From assembly GCA_951406725.2 (NCBI GenBank), contig OX597823.1, positions 12,896,001 to 12,960,000 of the forward strand: a stretch of DNA of 64,000 nt, read 5' to 3'. Below the pieces are notes generated by a model. That model saw nothing but the letters and a program-made list of their open reading frames with translations, did not search any database and had not been told where the DNA came from. Positions 1 to 12,960 of the stretch are shown in pieces (positions within the stretch are counted from its first letter, which is position 1; each line of letters opens with the position of its first letter). Source of the DNA: Octopus vulgaris (taxonomy: Eukaryota). The position numbers were made by a program, and so were the translations under genes.

Positions 1-139
1 TTACCATCTAATAAATTAACATAATGATAGTGTCTAATAATTGCAGACCCCTTTTCCATTGGCAGTCCCTTCATGTCAAATCACCAATCAGTATCTCTCC
101 AAAACCCCTATTTAATATTTATGATAACTTTCAATACAC

Positions 140-165
140 TATATATACATATACATACATACATA

Positions 166-236
<71 letters not shown>

Positions 237-342
237 GTACATACATACATGCATACATACATCTATATATATATGTGCACATGTATATAAATATATATAT
301 GTATGCACATATGAATATATTTATATTTATATTCATATTATG

Positions 343-417
<75 letters not shown>

Positions 418-420
418 CTA
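140..420. repeat. Compound microsatellite (TA)n/(CA)n/(TG)n
   Basis: Direct dinucleotide runs; source of the spurious YI/HT/CV ORFs. Similar tracts recur across the window (e.g. 730-1030, 8733-9020, 24770-25005, 25665-25992, 49950-50310). Confidence 0.97.
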
Positions 421-894
421 AGTGTGTTTGTATGTATGTATATTCCCTGAAATGGTTGAAGTGAGATGCTACTATTGTTCACACAATTATGGCCAAATGA
501 AATAACTGGTTAATGCGGCATTCATTTAACTCTACGAAGCGTGTTCGTTAATTAAGTAAATGAAGAGCTAGAGAACTGTTAAGCAATGAATCGTACCATC
601 TTTATTCTATACATGCTGAATATATTTCCCCTTAAGAATGCATTGTAGGAATCTTAATGTTAATGAATGAGAAATTGGTTAATCATAATATTCACAATGG
701 CTCATGCAAGCACGCGAGCGCGCGCGCGCACACACACACACACACACACAGGCACGCAGGCACGCACATACTACGTACATACATATATGTATGCATACCT
801 ACGTATATACATGTATGCATCCATCACAAACAGGCACATATATACGTGTTTACACACAAACACACACATATATATATGCACATATATGTATGTA

Positions 895-940
<46 letters not shown>

Positions 941-2224
941 CACACACGCGCGTGCACACACACACACACACACGCATGTATATATATACATATATATATT
1001 TTTATATATATATATATATTTATATTTACGCATATGCGTAGCACTTAATATTCGTGAAATGACTATGGATTTTCTAATTAGTGCCTTAATAGCGCTGTAT
1101 ATCGAATGATAAATTATCAATGAGAACCATTTATACGACACACCTTTTGTTAGCACTGGGGAGAAACAATGTATTATAGCGCCTTATGTTATATATTTTC
1201 ACTCACAGACAGACTGCCATTATCTCGGATTCGAGAAGAAGACCTCTGAACTTTGAACTAAACTATATCGCATTTTCTGAAGTCACTTCACTCACATAAT
1301 CTATTGATTATCAGTGCAGTACAGTATAACAGAAATGAATTCAATTCAAAAGCGAACATATTCTCTCTGTTCCTTAAAGAAGACAGTTGTTCAATTTAAT
1401 CTAGCTATATTGAAATGCATCGAAGTTTATATCCTAGTTATTCCACCACCAACGCATTCCATAACGAGTAAATGCGATCATCTCAATTTACAATATACTT
1501 TTCCCATGATTAATTTTATTTCTCTATTGACAACCTCTATAGGGCAAATTGAAAAGCTGCTGATACTAGCTGGCAAATTTGAATTTGAAACTAGGTTATA
1601 AATATTTCACATGATAACTGATGATTCCTAATGTTTCTGTCTCTCAAGTCAGAAATTGCTGCCAAATAAAACCTACATGTTTGTTACAAGTCTTAGACAG
1701 CCAACAGTCTCTGAAAGTTCATTTTGATGACTCGAAATATTTACCATTGTGCAAACGTTATTACAAAGGAACGTCTGCCGCTTCATGATAAGGAGTTAAT
1801 CGTATTTGATCAGCTGCTGAAATTCCGCAAAACGCATGTAAAATATACGTAAATCTCCAATGTAAAATTTATGATAGAATATTTGGTACTGCGCTGTTTC
1901 GCTACAGCCAAAGAAATTCATAGGATTGTCAGCATATGATGCCCACAAAAATACGCTTCAAATCGAACGGTAAAGTAAGGGAGTGATTGACCTATTTTGT
2001 TACACCTGGAAAAAGCGGAACGACACATAACCAGACCAGAATAAAGGAAAGGTACACTAAGATATGACGGAAGCTTCTCGACCAGCCAAGTAAAAGAGGA
2101 ATGGTATATAGATGCATTGAAAAGTCATAAACCGGGATACGTATCCCAATTACAAACTGATCTCTGTTTTAAGAGTCACGAGCGCCGATGAAATTTTACT
2201 AGAATTGTTTGGGATAGAAATCAA

Positions 2225-2527
2225 GCGTCATCCAACCAAAATGCAAATATATGGGAAACTACCACCTGTGTCATTTCTTGTGAAAGGTAGGAGAGTCCAG
2301 TTTGCTGGACATTGTTGTAGACCGGGAAACGAGGCAATTTCTACTCTTCTCCTCTGGAAGCCATCTACTCGCAATACCAGAGGGTGCACACTCTCCTACC
2401 CTGATGTAATCTCCAGGGATACAGGCATCTAGCAACAGGACCTCCGTAATGCTATGATGGACCATGAAGTCTGGCGTAGCATGGTAAATACCATTGTCTC
2501 GACCACGGTCGAACAACGATGATGAGG
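2225..2527 (+). mobile_element. 5'-truncated RTE/RTEX-type LINE, ORF2 C-terminus plus short (GAT)n tail
   Basis: Translation HPTKMQIYGKLPPVS...RRVQFAGHC...LLLWKP...RG...YPDVISRDTG*...MMDHEVWR matches the RTE-group ORF2 C-terminal pattern. It has one internal stop and ends in GATGATGA. Confidence 0.75.
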
Positions 2528-2873
2528 ATTTACTAGAAACTGCTTGACCAGAAGTACTTTGCCATCTCACGTCGAATCTAGGAACTCAGAATGTGAAATT
2601 TGGCTTGATTCCAACTTAATTGGAACGGACAGGGATCAGAGTAATATTTATAAACGTACCATTAGAACTCAAAATTTTGTTGGTGGTAAGAACAGAAATG
2701 TGGTTGGAAATCCTGATTCATGGGAAACCTGAGACTTTGGGAAGGATCCCCAACCAAATAGAGATCCCAGGTGGTCTGTAACTGCAGATGTCAGTGGAAG
2801 ATAGAACATTCGGAATTGTGAATGCGGCAACACGAATCACACTTGAAACTTACGCACCATCACCACCACCACC

Positions 2874-2921
<48 letters not shown>

Positions 2922-4519
2922 AACAACAACAGACAGTCACAGCTGAAAGAAAACATTTATTCTTTCTATCAAAACTACAGCAGCAACAACACCGCAGCAG
3001 TGTGCAACTACTGAAACTATGATCGCAGCACCAACTACAAGAATGAAAACAACGTCTAGACGACAATAGCCACATCAACACCAAATGTGGAAGCAAGAGC
3101 AAAATAGACAGAAAAACATATTGCTTTCTTCAGTGGATACCATATCCACAGTGACACCCACATGAGAACAAAACCACAACCATCCGCACGAGATGCTTCT
3201 CCCTATCTCGAACCATTCATACAGGCTGTTTAAGGATGGTAACGATAGAGACATCGAGTGGCATAAAGTACACGATAGAAATAAAAGAAAGAAAAATGAG
3301 CAGATTCGAAAGCATGGCGAGATGCTTTCGTGCAGAGATGCACCAACACAAACTTAGACATCACAACCAGCCATTAAGAGCACAAGCCCCAGCCCTACTA
3401 AAAGACACAACCAACGTCATAAACACAAGTCCAAATTCATTCCCAAACCCACCAAGAACCGACACACAAACCCCAACACGATCGAAAGCGCATAAATCAT
3501 AAAATATGTGACACGTGACCCATTCAATAATGCGTTAATAAATCATGTACGTTAACATAAAAGTATTACACTTAATAAATTGTTTTGCACAAACAAATAA
3601 TGTATCGAAACATGAAAGTCACAAAAACAACACATTTAAATAAAAGAAAGCAAATATAAGAATTAAGCAAGACATATCCGAAAAAATATTTGCAAAATAA
3701 TATGCAAAGACTAAGTTGAGAAAACGCCCTAAAAAATCGGAGGAACGGAACACCTACTACAAGAATAAGATAAATGGATTTCTCGCCTATGTTTTTTTAT
3801 TATCTAATATTGCCTTAATCAAAAAAGACAGTGGAAATCAATGTTAACTGAAGTCACTTTGAAAGCAGAACACTTGATGAAAATAACACTAGATGAAAAT
3901 AACATGGCTTATCAGAGATCTGAATTCACAAGGCACGAGCGGTAATGCATATCTGAAAGCCGATCGGAATAGGTGAGACCGCTTTTTGGCCCCTAATGGT
4001 AAAGTGGATATATTAGAAGTGACTAGCAAAGCGTTGGCTGTCTTGCTTGTTTTCGGCGTCTGGTGGTCTTTGTTGGGACATCGTTAGAGTTTGATTAGAA
4101 TCCTATTTTGTATGCAAACTTGGACTATGTTGAGTCAGTTGATTCTTTGCAGCGGAAACGGAGTGTTTCGAAAAGCCATTGATTGTCACAGAAATATAAA
4201 AAGTGAAAGATGGAGGGAAAATGGTATTGTTTGAACGGTCTGCTCTTTACGTTCCAGAATAATTAGAGTATCAGAAAAATTCCTTACAGAATTCAGAACA
4301 TTTATATTCTGAATTCAGATTCTGCCAAGGTAAACTTTGCTTTTCGTCCTCCAAGGTCGATAAAATAAACCACCAGTCAAGTTACCCGTTGTCCTTGAGC
4401 TTAAATCAGAAATACTTTTATTCTTATTGTATTCATGGTTTGAGAAATGCTCGAAGAGTAAACTTTCTTGAAATAGCATTTGGTTCATTTTGGAAATGTG
4501 GGCAGGCTTGGCTATGTGA

Positions 4520-4885
4520 AGGCGCAAATGTGACTGTGCAGTAAGAAGCTTGCTTCCAGACGACATGGTTCCGGGTTCAGTCCTACTACAGTGCACATTG
4601 GGCAAATAACTTTTATTATAACCTCGAGCCGACCAAAAGCTTGTGACTGGATTCGGTAGACGGAAACTGAAAGAAGTACGTCATGTGTTGCCCACCACTA
4701 TTTGCCAACCAATGTTGGTGTGTTTACCTCCCTGTAGCTTCGCAGTTCAGCAAAAGAGACTGATAGTATAGGCACAATGCTTAGAAAATTAGAAAAAATA
4801 AGTGCCAAGGTCGGTTCGTTCGGCTAAAATTCTCCAAGGCTGTGCGGCAGCATGGTCGCAGTGTCTAAAGACAAAAACAAGTAAC
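4520..4885 (+). mobile_element. Diverged tRNA-derived SINE, family A
   Basis: Homologous to 6708-7115: GGTTCAGTCC B-box-like motif, GGTAGACGGAAACTGAAAGAAG, CAGCATGGTCGCAG tail. Confidence 0.85.
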
Positions 4886-4946
4886 AAATAAACCATAAAC
4901 ATCGTGCAAGATATATACATATATATATATGTATATAACATAAGGG

Positions 4947-5397
4947 ACGTTAGCCATCCGAATATGGCTAGGGACAGGGCAGGGCGGTGGGGGTGTTACT
5001 GATGCATTTAGCCCCAGGCGATCATCAACGTCACCAGAAGGGCTGACGCCATCACGGCGTCCTCTAGCCTGCAAAGGGAGATCATTCCCCGAAGAAGCGG
5101 ATGCCACATACGGACCCAGGTTTCAAGGTGTTTGCCTCTCGTCAACGTATGGCAGGCACCGCCCCTCGACGAACGACTCTCTGTGCAGGCTATCTATATA
5201 AAGATTTTCACAGTAAATACATTTACTGATGTAGAAAATCTGTTCGACAGCAATAATAATTCTCTAAGCGAGGTATATACAGTAACTGCTCCATAACATA
5301 ACGTTAGCCATCCGAATATGGCTAGGGACAGGGCAGGGCGGTGGGGGTGTTACTGATGCATTTAGCCCCAGGCGATCATCAACGTCACCAGAAGGGC
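4947..5397. repeat. GC-rich element with two identical 97-bp direct repeats (4947-5043, 5301-5397)
   Basis: ACGTTAGCCATCCGAATATGGCTA...CACCAGAAGGGC occurs twice with no mismatches. Confidence 0.9.
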
Positions 5398-5507
5398 GTA
5401 TGGTATCAATACACCATGTATACAAATTTTATGAATTATTGCATTTCAGTTCAATACAAATTGTAAGGGTAAATTTCCTGCTTCTGTTTCAATATTCACG
5501 CTAGACT

Positions 5508-5880
5508 TGTGGCGAGCTGGCAGAATCGTTAGCACGCCAGGCGAAATGCTTAGCGGTATTTCGTCTGCCGTTACGTTCTGAGTTCAAATTCCGTCGAGGT
5601 CGACTTTGCCTTTCATTTTTTCGGGGTTCGATTAAATAAGTACCAGTTACACACTGAGGTCGATATACCCGACTTAATCCGTTTGTCTGTCCTTGTTTGT
5701 CCTTTCTGTGTTTAGCCCGTTGTGGGGAGTAAAGAAATAGGTTTTTCGTCTGCCGATACGTTCTGAGTTCAAATTCCGCCGGGGTCGATAATTTAAGTAC
5801 CAGATGCGTACTGGGCCGATCTAATTGAATGCCCCCCCTCCCCAAAATTTCTGGCCTTGTGCCTAGATTAGAAAAGAATA
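5508..5880 (+). mobile_element. SINE family B (tRNA-like head, Meta-domain-like core), partial dimer
   Basis: Head GGCGAGCTGGCAGAATCGTTAG, B box GAGTTCAAATTCC, core GTCGACTTTGCCTTTCAT...GGGG; the body restarts at about 5740. Confidence 0.88.
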
Positions 5881-6707
5881 TTGGTGATGTGGAGAGGGCG
5901 GGGACTGGTATGCTTGGGCGACTGCCGGTCTTCTATAAACAACCTTGCCCAGACTTCTGCCTTTACAACATATTTACATTTATCATGCAAATATAGATAC
6001 TTACTAATACATATATTGGTATATCCTGGAACTTTCAAACTTTTCCACTGGTAGTGAATTAATTTCCAGAAGACGTCAAGAAATACCTTTGACAATAGAA
6101 ATTCAAGAATGTAGCAATATAATGGAATACATTTGTAAGTCGAGGAGAGAGTTTGGAACTTTATAGAAATGCCAATATATTTAAGTTTGAATATTCTGTT
6201 CTGCTCTCCAGAAATAATTGGGCATAGGTGAAAATAACATAATGTGTGTATAAAAGTTGTTTTATCGAGAATTAGAAAAGAATATTCTTATACAAAGAAA
6301 TGTTAAGAATTCACTGCAACACCAAAATTACTATGTGAGCCATTAACACATTTGTTTTCGAGCCATTAAATATGATAGTGTAATATGGGCTTAGAAATTA
6401 ACAGATCAATATTATAGAAATTAGAAACACAAACACAACAAATATTTTAAAACAAAAGTATCACGTTCCGCAAATCTAATACCCAATGTTTCTAAATAGC
6501 ACCAGGCATCAGACACAAATTTAAGAATGCTGTTATTAGTGTTTCCCACTATTTTTTCCAGCTCAGGGGAAAGCCCTTGAGATACCCTTCGACTTTACGA
6601 TAATGAAAAGCAGCAAACCAATTATCATTACAGCAGCAAAATTTCAACTTAAATTGGATTATTTTCTGACTAGCGAACATCTAAACCTAAAACAGTAGCA
6701 AAAACTA

Positions 6708-7115
6708 ACAGGAGTGGCTGTGTGGTAAGTAGCATGCTTACCAACCACACGGTTCCGGGTTCAGTCCCACTGCGTGGCATCTTGGGCAAGTGTCTTCTGC
6801 TATAGCCTCGGGCCGACCAATGTCTTGTGAGTAGATTTGGTAGACGGAAGCTGAAAGAAGCCTGTCGTATATATGTATATATATATATGTATGTGTGTGT
6901 ATAAGTTTGTGTGTCTGTGTTTGTCCCCCCACCATCACTTGACAACCGATGCTGTTGTGTTTACGTCCCCGTCACTTAGCGGTTCAGCAAAAAGAGACCG
7001 ATAGAATAAGTACTGGGCTTACAAAGAATAAGTCCTGGGGTCGATTTGCTCAACTAAAGGTGGTGCTCCAGCATGGCCGCAGTCAAATGACTGAAACAAG
7101 TAAAAGAGTAAAGAG
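6708..7115 (+). mobile_element. Near full-length SINE family A with internal (TA)/(TG) tract
   Basis: A-box-like TGGCTGTGTGG, B-box-like GGTTCAGTCCC, CORE-like CTTGGGCAAGTGTCTT, 3' tail CAGCATGGCCGCAGTCAAATGACTGAAACAAGTAAAAGAG. Confidence 0.93.
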
Positions 7116-7419
7116 TATATTGATTGAACAAAAATATTACGACATATGTATTATCGAAATGTAATACTTATCTCCACTTAGTAGTGAATGTTCTATTAGA
7201 GAAAACTTTACGGTGGAAGTTATCAAGAGAGAAACTCTTGTGTAGGTTTTGGGTACAAAATGCACACTGGATTATATTGCAAGCGGGGAGATAAATCCCT
7301 GAAAACATGATTCAAAACTTTAAAAAATATGCTTGACACGGCAATTAATTCCAAGAATTGAAAAGTCCACACGAAAGTGAAAAATTAACTCTGGGCTGGA
7401 AGAACAAATCTAGCGTGAA

Positions 7420-8105
7420 TATTTATTTCTGTATTGTCCACAGAGGCTAAACATAGAGGGGACAAACAAAGGGATTCAGCCGATTATATCGACCCCAGTG
7501 CGTAACTGGTAATTATTTAATCGACACCGAAAGGATGAAAGGCAAAGTCAACCTCGGTGGAATTTGAACTCAGAACGTAACGGCAGACGAAATACCTATT
7601 TCTTTACTAACCACAAGGCGCTAAACACAGAGGGGACAAACAAGGACAGCCAAACGGATTAACTCGATTATATCGACTCCAGTGCGTAATTAATCGACAC
7701 CGAAAGGATGAAAGGCAAAGTCGACCTCTGCGGAATTTGAACTCAGAACGTAGAGGCAGGCAAAATTCCGCTAAGCATTTCGCCCGGCGTGATAACGATT
7801 CTTATTTCTTTATTGCCCACTTGTGGCTAAACATAGAGGGGACAAACAAGGACAGCCAAACGGATTAAGCCGATTATATCGACCCCAGTGCGTAACTGGT
7901 ACTTATTTAATCGACCCCGAAAAGATGAAAGGAAAAGTCGACCTCGGCGGAATTTGAACTCAGAACGTAGCGGCAGACAAAATACCGCGAAGCATTTCGT
8001 CCGGCGTGCTTACGTTTCTACCAGCTCGCCGCCTTTGTATAGACGGACGAAATGCCGCTAAGCATTTTTTTGATCTTTGTGCTAACGATTCTGCCATCTC
8101 GCTGC
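7420..8105 (-). mobile_element. Cluster/multimer of SINE family B
   Basis: Three roughly 180-bp units (CGAAAGGATGAAAGGCAAAGTC...GGAATTTGAACTCAGAACGT) with head sequences near 7790, 8030 and 8100. Confidence 0.9.
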
Positions 8106-8474
8106 CTTCCCACACAACCAATATTATCCCAAGGAAAAGCAAAGACTGATACGGCTTAGCACCAGTGACGTGGCAACTCATTTCTACAGTGAATGATCAG
8201 GAGAAACGTGAAATAAAGTGTCTTGCTCATATGTATTTGTGTGTGTGTGAACGTGCGTGTGTGTGTTTGTGTGTGTGCAGGCAGGTATCTATGAGTACGG
8301 CGAGCTTACACACAGTTTTCATCTACAAAACTGACTCACAAAATATTGGTCGGCCGCGATCTACTGTAGAAGATATTTGCTCAAGCTGCTGCGCCGTAGG
8401 AGTCAATTCCACCTTCTTAACCATAAAGCCGTTCCTCCACCTATATATACGTTCACACACACACACACACACAC

Positions 8475-8732
8475 TTGTCCAGGGAAGATTGTTTATGGAA
8501 GACTGGCAGTACCTTATACATACCAGCCTCCACTCGCCATACCACTAATGTTATTCGAGGGAAGGGAAAACGCCGATACAGCTTGGCACCAGTGACGTCG
8601 CAACTCATTTCTACAGGTGAGTAAACTGGGGCAACGTGAAATAATGTGTCTTGCTCAAGGACACAACACACAGCCCGGTCCTGGAATCGAACTCACTACC
8701 TCGTGATTGTGAGCCTGACAGTCTGACCGTCA
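8475..8732 (-). mobile_element. SINE family D (tRNA head, CORE-like domain, tail type 2)
   Basis: Minus strand has B box GAGTTCGATTCC and CCTTGAGCAAGACAC; tail shared with 24274-24470, 8105-8230 and 5880-5955. Confidence 0.82.
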
Positions 8733-8733
8733 C

Positions 8734-8838
<105 letters not shown>

Positions 8839-10138
8839 GTGTATGTATGTTTGTATGTATTGAAATAGATGCATATATATATGTATATATATATAAATAG
8901 ATATATATATATATGTACACATATACATAAACATATGTAGATATACCTATATATATATACACATATACATATATATATATATATATATACGTACATACAA
9001 ATACATACGTATGTATGTGTGTATAGACACAGAATGAGAACATACTGTGACAGAGACAAAGAGTTATATGCAAGACATCTGCACACACATATACCAATAT
9101 CCACATATTAAAAATAAACTTTGAATTATGAAGAAGCAGAAATATTTTACAAGAAATATTTGAAGTAACATATCTTCGGATTAAATTTATTTTCATTGTT
9201 AAGCGATGTTATTGTTATATATTATATAATTATTCTTCTTGAATTTTGACCGAATGAAATAATTTCATTTTATTTTTTTCATTTATCAGAACTAGCAAAA
9301 ATGTAATTATATATTTATGGCTCCCAAAAGTGAATTACATCTGTATATTTTATATATTATATAATATGTACATAGATTTACATGAAATGAATTCAAAGTT
9401 TTCTTCTAACCCAGAATATAATTTCACAACGAAATCTTTATAGCTGGAATAAATAAAACGAAACAGTTTTCACTTTTGAGTAATGCCGTACTTTGTTAAA
9501 GGAGATAAGTTTGAAATGACTTTATAGCTAATTTATAGTCATTTGATAACCTGAAAACATCTATGCTGGATATTTGCTGCATTATTTGACAATTATCTTT
9601 AACGTCTGTGAAAAATATTTCCTGCAGACAATAACATTAGACATTGAAACATCCATCAGTTTTACGAGATATTATACTTTCAAGAAATGTTACAAATTTT
9701 CTTTCCTTTTTATCTATTTAATAGTCTAACTTGGTAGTTCAGTATGATTGTGCTATATTCTGTACTCAATTGCATTTAAGTCGATACAAGTTAACGTTTC
9801 CTGTATGTGTTTTATGTTAGAGTGTGGGGGTTAAAAGGGATGCGGAATATATATCATTATGCCTTTGAGGATACAACAGTCTGAGAATGATTTCAGTTTA
9901 GAGAAATTACTGAAATAACCTCAAAATTTGAACATGATTGGTAGGAACTTTATCTTGAATAATTCAATAAATATGACTAAAATATGGTACCAACCAATTG
10001 GTTATATTACCATTGTTGTATATGCATAAAATGCTTACAATATACTTGTTATTCAATAATTTGTAGCCACTGGAAAAACATTAATAGTGAAGGAGACAAT
10101 CGTAATATCTATGAATTGAATGTTGTTCATACTCGCTC

Positions 10139-10175
<37 letters not shown>

Positions 10176-10176
<1 letters not shown>

Positions 10177-10589
10177 TCTTTACTCTTTACTCTTTTACTT
10201 GTTCCAGTCATTTGACTGCGGCCATGCTGGAGCACCGCCTTTAATCGAGCAACTCGACCCCGGGACTTATTCTTTGTAAGCCCAGTACTTATTCAATCGG
10301 TCTCTTTTGCCGAACCGCTAAGTGACGGGGACGTAAACACACCAGCATCGGTTGTCAAGCAATGCTAGGGGGACAAACACAGACACACAAACACACACAC
10401 ACACATATATATATATACATGTATACGACAGGTTTCTTTCAGTTTCCGTCTACCAAATCCACTCACAAGGCATTGGTCGGCCCGGGGCTATAGCAGAAGA
10501 CACTTGCCCAAGATGCCACGCAGTGGGACTGAACCCGGAACCATGTGGTTGGTTAGCAAGCTACTTACCACACAGCCACTCCTGCGCCT
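10176..10589 (-). mobile_element. Full-length SINE family A
   Basis: Reverse complement of the family A sequence, from the GGCGCAGGAGTGGCTG head to the (GTAAAGA)n tail. Confidence 0.94.
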
Positions 10590-10601
10590 ATATATATATA
10601 T

Positions 10602-11299
10602 AAAACAAAAAATGGGACAAATGGGACAAGAACGCAAAACATCCGGTGATACAAAAATGGACAACAAAACATCCAGATAGACGATATAAAATAAAAACAA
10701 GTACGGGTCATTCGAAGCCATCTCTCCTCAGACAAGCACCAGATTATTCTCGCAATTTCGGCTAATTATTCTTGAGATTGCGCCAATCTGGCCAGCCCCA
10801 AGGAAAACTAAGCTAAAAGCATTAGATTGTTTGGAAGAAAGCAGCGAATGTATACAAGGACGAAAAAAACGGACAAATTTACACAAATATAAACACAATA
10901 ATAAATACAATAAAAATAATAACAAGACATAACAACAGGTCTCTTTCGACTATAGACGATTTGAATTAAGTTGGCGCGTGTGGGAATGAAGCCTAGAAAG
11001 AAAGAACAGGCTAGGTTGACCGGCGGTCAAGTGGGAAGTGAAGAGAGAGAAGTAGAAGCAGAGGGACAGAAGTATTAAGGAGGGGCGAGAAAATGGACAG
11101 GGCCTCAGTGAAGTGAAAAGTGGAGAGAAAGGGAGTAAGAAGAGAAGGCAAAGAAATGAGAGAGAGAGGAAACGAAAGAACGAAGAGTGGAATGAACGAA
11201 TAAGCGTGAAAGTGGTGATAGACAGACAGAAATAGAGTCGTACAAGATTTAGAAAAATGTGTACTTACTATAAGAGAGCAAGTTGTACGTACGCCGCTG

Positions 11300-11300
<1 letters not shown>
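10602..11300 (-). mobile_element. (TA)n-embedded non-autonomous element, copy A of the permuted-hammerhead family
   Basis: 10602-10855 is homologous to 11347-11597 and, inverted, to 36855-37040; flanked by TA runs. Confidence 0.75.
10715..10797 (-). ncRNA. Candidate non-circularly permuted hammerhead ribozyme, copy A
   Basis: Minus strand reads ccagatt gg CGCAAT-C TCAAGa ataat TAGCC GAAA TTGCG agaat aatctgg tg CTTGt CTGAGGA gagat GGCT. Confidence 0.5.
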
Positions 11301-11346
<46 letters not shown>

Positions 11347-11348
<2 letters not shown>

Positions 11349-11595
11349 CATACAAAATGGGACAAGAACGCAAAACATCCGGATAGCTAGGTGATACAAA
11401 AAGGGACATCAAAACATCCAGATAGACGATACAAAGAAAACAAGGACGACTCATTCGAAGGCCTCTATCCTCAGTCAAGCACCAGATTATCCTCGTAACT
11501 TCGGCTGATTATTCTTGAGATTGCTCCAATCTGGCCAGCCCAACGAAAGCACTAAGCTAAGAGCATTAGATTCCTTGGAAGAAAGCAGCGAATTT

Positions 11596-11597
<2 letters not shown>
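11347..11597 (-). mobile_element. (TA)n-embedded element, copy B, with permuted-hammerhead motif at 11459-11541
   Basis: Minus strand reads ccagatt gga GCAAT-C TCAAGa ataat CAGCC GAAG ttac gaggat aatctgg tg CTTGA CTGAGGA taga GGC. GAAA has mutated to GAAG. Confidence 0.72.
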
Positions 11598-11647
<50 letters not shown>

Positions 11648-11649
<2 letters not shown>

Positions 11650-12000
11650 GAGGGTGAGTTAAAAAGTAATGCCATTTGTCATACATCAAGACGAAGCTGG
11701 TCCTCTGTGGATCACATCCCTACTTCTCAACATAGCCACGGTTTCTCTCAATAGCAATGTTCCACCTTCGAATGAGAGCATGTATCCCTGCCCCGTAAAA
11801 TTCTGCTGACTGTTCTTTGATCCACTTCTTCACTACCTCCACACTCACCAGATTTAGCACCTTCAGACTATCTTCTCTTCGGCGCCACGAAAGTGGTTTT
11901 GAGAGGCAAATGTTATTCCAGTGACGTGGAAGAGAAAACTGTCGTGAAGAAATGGCTCAAAGAAATGTTAACAGAATTTCACGGGGCAGAGATATCTTCT
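11648..12000. mobile_element. Rearranged mariner transposon remnant
   Basis: Mariner-like TIR TACGAGGGTGAGTTAAAAAGTAATGCC at 11648. Plus strand about 11833-11995 encodes LPPHSPDLAPSDYLLF (mariner motif). 11720-11833 is an inverted copy of the transposase 3' end. Confidence 0.8.
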
Positions 12001-12186
12001 CCTTTTTATAATCGTTTATATATTTCATGAACGCAGAGAAGTAATAAAAATATATGTAAACAATTTTGGTGAATTCTATTCTGTGTTTTATATGTAAAAC
12101 AAAATATGAACATAGATCCAAATTGTTTGCGTTTCTCAAGGAACGTAGGACATATATTCCGAAAGTTAAGTATCAATGCATTAGAA

Positions 12187-12530
12187 CTGGTTTTCAACCG
12201 GGCTCCGCATGGCCCCTGAGGGACCATATAAAATTTTAAGGTTTCCAAAATAGTAAAATGAGGATCAATAATAGCATTTGAAGGGCCCCTTAAAAATTCT
12301 GCTTCAGATGAATGTATTGGTATGTAGTGCAAGAAACAGCTAGGCAACAAATAGCTATATCGGTTTACGTAGTTCAACCTACACAAGTTAATGTGTGGAA
12401 AACAAAACAGGTATTTTGAAAGAAGTTTCTATAAAACTAGCTTTTAAACATCGAATGGCTATTGGGGTTCACTAGAATAAAATCGTAACCAAAGGGGTCC
12501 GTAAATATAAAAAATTGTTGAAAAACCCTG
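12187..12530. mobile_element. hAT/Charlie-type MITE
   Basis: Ends CTGGTTTTCAAC...GTTGAAAAACCCTG, with 8-bp near-TSD CATTAGAA (12179-12186) / CGTTAGAA (12531-12538). Confidence 0.72.
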
Positions 12531-12633
12531 CGTTAGAAGCTTGATTTTTTTTTGCATCTGGGAAAATATAAGATGTTTCAGTAGTATGCTTCAGCAGAGC
12601 TGACAGCGTTTTGTGTTTTAGTCATGTCAATAT

Positions 12634-12960
12634 CTAAAAGACTCCGCCGGTTACGACGACGAGGGTCCCAGCTGATACGATCAACGGAACAGCTTGCTCG
12701 TGAAATTAACGTGCAAATGGCTGAGCATTCCACAGACACGTGTACCCTTAACGTAGTTCTCGGGGATAATCAGCGTGACACAGAGAGTGACAAGGCTGAC
12801 CCTTTGAAATACAAGTACAACTCATTTTTGCCAGCTGAGTGGACTGGAGCAACGGGAAATAAAGTGTCTTGCTCAAGGACACAACGCGTCGCTGGGAATC
12901 GAACTCACAACCTTACGATCATGAGCCGAATGCCCTAACCACTAAGCCACGCGCCCTCAC
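12634..12960 (-). mobile_element. Full-length SINE: family D head/CORE joined to family C tail
   Basis: A box TGGCTTAGTGG, B box GAGTTCGATTCC, CCTTGAGCAAGACAC; 11-bp TSD CATGTCAATAT at 12623 and 12961. Confidence 0.92.

Noticed and set aside
24-1156. Many overlapping ORFs rich in YI, HT and CV (also 8611-9196, 24705-26041, 49813-50464, 62413-63212)
   Set aside because: They are translations of stop-free microsatellites, not genes.
1613-1665. CTGATGA...GAAA spacing resembling a hammerhead
   Set aside because: No stem I, II or III complementarity.
2860-4260. ORFs around (CAC)n/(CAA)n and possible decayed LINE sequence
   Set aside because: Poly-C/W ORFs are trinucleotide artefacts; no diagnostic motif recognised in the rest.
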